DNA from: Paraspadella gotoi
Lineage: Eukaryota; Animalia; Chaetognatha
Assembly (NCBI GenBank): GCA_051294375.1
Contig: JBJCIZ010001479.1
Span: 1-23,329 of the forward strand
Length of the DNA stretch: 23,329 nucleotides
Direction: 5' to 3'
A program made the translations under genes and the position numbers. How positions within the stretch are numbered: the first letter of the stretch is position 1; each line of letters starts with the position of its first letter. The notes below the pieces were generated by a model that was given only the letters and a program-made list of their open reading frames with translations, made no database searches and was not told the origin of the DNA. This document shows positions 20,036 through 23,329 of this stretch, piece after piece.

Positions 20036-21387
20036 ATGGAAGAAGAGGCGTAATTACACTTGTCATGTGATTTTTTTTATCTTCTTTCATCATGGTTTTT
20101 CCGCATGACGAATCACAAAATCCTGAGTCGTTCTCAGAATTAATAACTACTAAAAAGATAGCCTAGTGAGTTTTTTTTCATGGTATTAATGATATTTCTT
20201 TGTTTAGTAATATTTAATATTAACACAGCGTGCTCAGTGCACAGGTAGTATTTATTTCAGCAATGTCATTCTCTATTAAATTATCATTGCAATCCGAATT
20301 GGATACCACTACCTACATATTCTAAAATATCGATATTATCCCCACGTTTCATTTTATAGCTCCTCCTGAACTGCTCAGATCTTACTAACTGATCCATTGA
20401 GACAGTAGTCTGCATCCCTCTAATCGTCTAATATTGATCGTACCTAGAGCTTTGGTGGTTAAAACTTCTGCGCGCTCATCATACTCTCATATGCGTCTAC
20501 AAGATAATAACATAGCAGGTATTCTGCAGGTTTCAATCAGACTCTCTCACAGTTTGTTATTCACTCCCTTTGAACCTGGCTTTCCCTATCAATTGAAAGA
20601 TTGATAATATTTCAAAGATGAATGGTACAACCGGAATATTAAAAAAATTCGGTTCTCGTCTAATGAGCGTAGACAATTTGGTCAAATCTAAGACAATTCA
20701 TGGTCATCTTTGTGTAAAGATCATCACTAAGTTGTACGTTTAGTTTTGGCAGTGCGCACGTAAGTTTTTAGATTCTTTAGAGGAAACGGTATATCAATCT
20801 TCGGCCGTACACTATATGGTAGAAGTCGTGTTAGGCGTAGTTCAATTTTCAACAATTTTTCTTGTCCGAATCCCATTGCGTAGTTTTTAGAGAGTATCAA
20901 TCTTACTAACTACTTTGTGTTTTTAACTATATAACAAAACAGTCTTGATCTCTGCCAGACGATAGTCGAGTTTTGTGTTTTCCGCGCTCCTCTCGCTCCG
21001 TAAACGCGAAATCATTTTTCAAATTTACGTCTGCGAGCGATTCTAGTGGTCGGCTCACATTCAAGTTCAAACGTTCTTCGAATATGCAGTTTTAAATCTA
21101 ATGGTCATATTTACAGTCCTGTCATACGCTATGACCTAAAAATTTACTCAGCGATTTGGCCTCACTTGGTTTTTAACTGTAAAAAGTTTTCTCATATTTT
21201 ATAAATTTATATACCAAACATAAAATATGGTTACGATTCGTTGAACATAAGTTGCAATTAATGTCCATTTACATTTTTATTGGCACATAATTACGAATTC
21301 TTCCAGACTGTTTTTCAGTAGCATCGGAAATAACCTATTCACCCACTAACTCGTAATTATTGCATGACGATCTTTTAAAGAAATAGT

Positions 21388-21402
21388 GGCCCTAAAAGGG
21401 CC
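21388..21402 (-). promoter_or_regulatory. Histone mRNA 3' stem-loop
   Basis: Minus strand CCAAAA-GGCCCT-TTT-AGGGCC-AC, 29 nt after the H3 stop. The loop is one base shorter than the 4-nt consensus. A purine-rich AAAAGA follows about 11 nt downstream (possible U7-binding element). Confidence 0.9.
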
Positions 21403-21431
21403 TTTTGGCGTGGTTATGTCTAACGAGCCTT

Positions 21432-21855
21432 TTAGGCGGCGTTCGGCCCGCGATTCGGCGGCGAGCTGAGATATCCTTGGGACTGTAGTCACGCGCTTGC
21501 GTGGATTGGCGCAAGGTTGGTTATCCTCGAACGAGACCGACCAGGTACCTCAACCGTCTTGCAGGGCCATACTGGCAGAGCTTTGGAGCGAAGACGGTCT
21601 TGAGTCCTGGCGGCGTGATTCGGCGGACGAGACGCTGGAAGGGGCAGCTTGCGGATGAGGAGCTCGGTGGATTCTGGTTGCGTCTCTCTCTGATCTCGCG
21701 AAGAGCCACAGTGCCTGGCACCTGTTAACACGATGGGCCTTTCTTTTGACACCGCCAGTGGCCGGCGCCGACTTACGGGCAGCCTTGTGGCAAGCCTGCT
21801 TCCTCGGGGCCTTGCCACCGATAGATTACGAGCGGTTTGTTTGCGTTCGCGCCAT
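21432..21855 (-). CDS. H3: Histone H3, canonical replication-dependent type; multiple frameshifts (sequencing error or pseudogene)
   Basis: ATG at 21855 to TAA at 21432. Joined frames give [61 protein letters not shown](V)MALQ-YLVGL-FED-KRVT-PKDI. Intronless, 424 nt versus 411 expected. Confidence 0.95.
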
Positions 21856-21937
21856 TTCTTCCAGCAACAATAGTGATTACGATGGTTAATGAAGTTTACG
21901 GGAGGGATTTTTGAGTCGGACGAACGAGCCTGGCTCG

Positions 21938-21981
21938 TTTTCTTATACTGAGCCGAGGAGACGCTCCGCCTTCTGTTGGTC
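21938..21981 (-). promoter_or_regulatory. Putative H3 core promoter (TATA-like and CCAAT-like boxes)
   Basis: Minus strand TATAAGAAAA at 21947-21938, about 85 nt upstream of the ATG, and GACCAACAG at 21981-21973 (imperfect CCAAT). Confidence 0.5.
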
Positions 21982-23329
21982 GAAATTTCAAAGTAACATC
22001 CGATCACGATTGTGGTGCATCCCGACGTTGCTCAATTCGATTAGGTTTATCCCAAAGTTATTAAAGAATTAGCACGAATTTTACTTCTGTTAAGTTTATC
22101 CAATAAATAAATAATTAAAAAATATTCTATATTTATCTAAATTAGTTCAGTCGATGGCTTTTGTGATGGCTTTTAGTACAACTTTCATATTGTTAACGAA
22201 AATCCGCCTTTGATTTGAATTTATTATAAAGAGAAAGAATTATAAATTAAAATCTGGTTTCCCTTTAATTGTTGCCACTTTAGTTGTCAACCGTGAAGAA
22301 AGTTTATATGGATTTTTAAGCTTATAGGTTATAGCCATGTAGGCGCTGCGAAAGAAACAGCTTTAATATCATCTTGTGGTGATAGGACCATTCCATGAAA
22401 GGTTATATTTTGTCCTTCTTTGTCATAACATTTTGATATGGAGAGAGCTTTGATGATTTCTTTTTGTCATAATTTTGCTTCTTTCTCGATCTGATAACGA
22501 TCTAACTAAACTCGCTGTAATATGTAGCCCCCTTTATCGTACGATTATTTTTATTTAAATTCCCGTTCATAGTTCACCGTCGGTCGGGTGATTGAGCTCA
22601 ACGCTTGTTAAGAACTTGGATGCTATCAAAATACGTTTAAGGCTACTCTGAAGTGGTTCCATTCTGATCATTCAGTTATACCATAGTTCACACTTGCTCC
22701 TAGCGGTTTCGCGATGAACCGTTAGATCTTTATGTACGGTTATGACGTGCATATTAAAATAAATCCTTTAACTTTCGGTCTCTAATAATATGTCTGATTT
22801 ACCGCGCTGTCTTCTCGTCGCTCTATTCTCTCATATTGAATATGCTCCCTCACTCACTCAGATGTCTTGACTTATAAGATACTTCCTTTTGTTTTCTAAC
22901 TAAGAATGAAGTCTCTTGTTATTTTTGTCTAGTCTCTCTTTTTCATACTTTGTCCTTATGCTTATGAAAAAATAAAGACAGAAACAAGCGTTCGACTGAA
23001 ACTATCAAGAAACAATAATGAAGAGATAACTAAAGAATAGGAAAAGAGAGAGAGAAACAAAAGAAAAACATAGAATTAGTGGATTTACCTAGTGGTGTTT
23101 TTCTTTTTTGTGCCTGTTTAGTTATCATTTATTTCTATGGAGGTAAAAGAATAAAGTTTTGTAAATAAGATTTATCACATGCATTATCTGATTAGCTAAA
23201 TTATCGTTAGGTGATTCGAAATATGGTCAAAGTGAATGTTTAATTTGATAGAACGTAACGATGTCTACCCTAGCCAGTCTTCTGGAATAAAGATAAGAGA
23301 AGGATAAGGAGCAAGAGGATCCTCCTCTT

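Noticed and set aside
21489-22007. 172-aa ORF as a novel histone variant
   Set aside because: A mosaic of frames from a frameshifted canonical H3; only the KQTAR and [10 protein letters not shown] segments are in the H3 frame.

Overview
Eukaryotic (metazoan) genomic DNA with the signature of low-accuracy long-read sequence: dense 1-bp indels and scrambled microsatellites. No prokaryotic features were found. Main contents: (1) a full-length, ORF-intact 5.44-kb Ty3/gypsy LTR retrotransposon on the minus strand (6656-12097), CsRn1-clade-like, with both LTRs, PBS, PPT, gag and pol, and a clear -1 ribosomal frameshift cassette (G GGA AAC, 6-nt spacer, 9-bp GC stem). Its atypical traits are a long Gag N-terminal extension, a CHCC knuckle with altered spacing, a tRNA-Ala-like PBS, ~20-bp inverted LTR termini and an AT-hook-like motif in the integrase tail. 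(2) Host genes that the ORF track largely misses because of frameshifts: two exons of an immunoglobulin-superfamily gene (937-1538, minus), four exons of a rhodopsin-like GPCR (16814-19918, minus), and a replication-dependent histone H3 with a 3' stem-loop (21388-21855, minus). (3) An imperfect palindrome of at least 4.3 kb centred near 16683 that duplicates and truncates the GPCR gene; it is most likely a fold-back read artefact. (4) A 28-bp GC-rich minisatellite (4217-4796) and many (AG)n/(CT)n tracts, which generate most of the spurious ORFs. I found no convincing wholly new system; the retroelement's unusual trait combination is the best novelty candidate.
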